A DNA stretch of 25,572 bases from a virus (lineage: Duplodnaviria > Caudoviricetes), in the IMG/VR virus record IMGVR_UViG_3300037313_000684, positions 1 to 25,572 of that record; one strand, given 5' to 3'. Position numbers and translations under genes: made by a program. A model generated the notes under the pieces. The model was not told the DNA's origin and did not search any database. It saw nothing but the letters and a program-made list of their open reading frames with translations. Every line of letters begins with the position of its first letter. Within the stretch, counting starts at the first letter, position 1. Positions 25,043 through 25,572 of this stretch are shown piece by piece.

Positions 25043-25572
25043 CTCCGCGCAGCGCATTCGTCGCCTCCCTCACCATCGTCCTCGGCGTCACGCTCGCGAT
25101 CGGCTGCGCCTATTACGAAGACCGCGTCACCGACGTCGGCAAGATACTGTCGCCCGTCGACGAGCGCGTCATCCACGGCGACACGCAATTCTCGCCCGCG
25201 GAGCGCGCCGCTGCGGAGCGCGCCTGCTACGAATGGGCAACCTTCACGCGCGGGCTGCACCGACTCACGATCCGGTGGGACCTCGACGACACGAATTACC
25301 TCACGCTGCCGGCGCCGCGCCTCTACCGGGTCAACCCGACGCCGGAGACGGGGAGCGCCGGTGGCCGCGTCGACGCGACGGACAATATCTGGTGGGTGCC
25401 CGATCGCTGCACCGATATCCAGGCGTGCATCATGCACGAGCTGGGGCACGTTCTCGGCCTGCAACACGTCGCGCAGAGCCACCAGGTGATGAGCGCGGTC
25501 AACCCGGCGCACACGTTCGGGCTCGCCGATCACGATGAGTGCGTCCGCGTCGGCGCGTGCCGCGCGTTGAAG
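25039..25572 (+). CDS. Metzincin (matrixin/M10-like) zinc metallopeptidase, predicted lipoprotein (3'-truncated)
   Basis: Not in ORF track because it has no stop in the window. MTPRSAFVALLTIVLGVTLAIG-C signal/lipobox, HELGHVLGLQH at 25435-25467 and a downstream VM Met-turn. Confidence 0.85.
   Translation, partial: MTPRSAFVASLTIVLGVTLAIGCAYYEDRVTDVGKILSPVDERVIHGDTQFSPAERAAAERACYEWATFTRGLHRLTIRWDLDDTNYLTLPAPRLYRVNPTPETGSAGGRVDATDNIWWVPDRCTDIQACIMHELGHVLGLQHVAQSHQVMSAVNPAHTFGLADHDECVRVGACRALK

Noticed and set aside
24969-25538. 189-aa Arg-rich ORF from the track
   Set aside because: It is an alternative frame. The frame starting at 25039 carries the signal peptide and zinc-binding motif.

Overview
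High-GC segment of a temperate, short-tailed (podovirus-like) dsDNA phage, almost all on the + strand. The gene order is: 3' end of a tyrosine integrase; an attP core matching the 3' half of tRNA-His(GUG); a replication module (Zn-finger/coiled-coil protein, stand-alone DnaA domain IV HTH, initiator with internal repeats, DnaC/IstB-like ATPase, RusA-like resolvase); a lone antisense XRE regulator; a packaging module (putative TerS, GNAT, TerL split into ATPase and nuclease ORFs); portal, scaffold and major capsid; adaptor and nozzle; three probable ejection proteins; tail fibre and lectin-like proteins; and a truncated metzincin lipoprotein missing from the ORF track. Phage genes flank both sides of the att core, so this looks like the excised form. 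The strongest leads are the split terminase, a two-copy bipartite promoter-like motif ending at GTG starts, eight proteins ending in -AA, and attP lying between the integrase and a co-directional replication operon. All calls come from motifs and synteny read by eye, with no database search.
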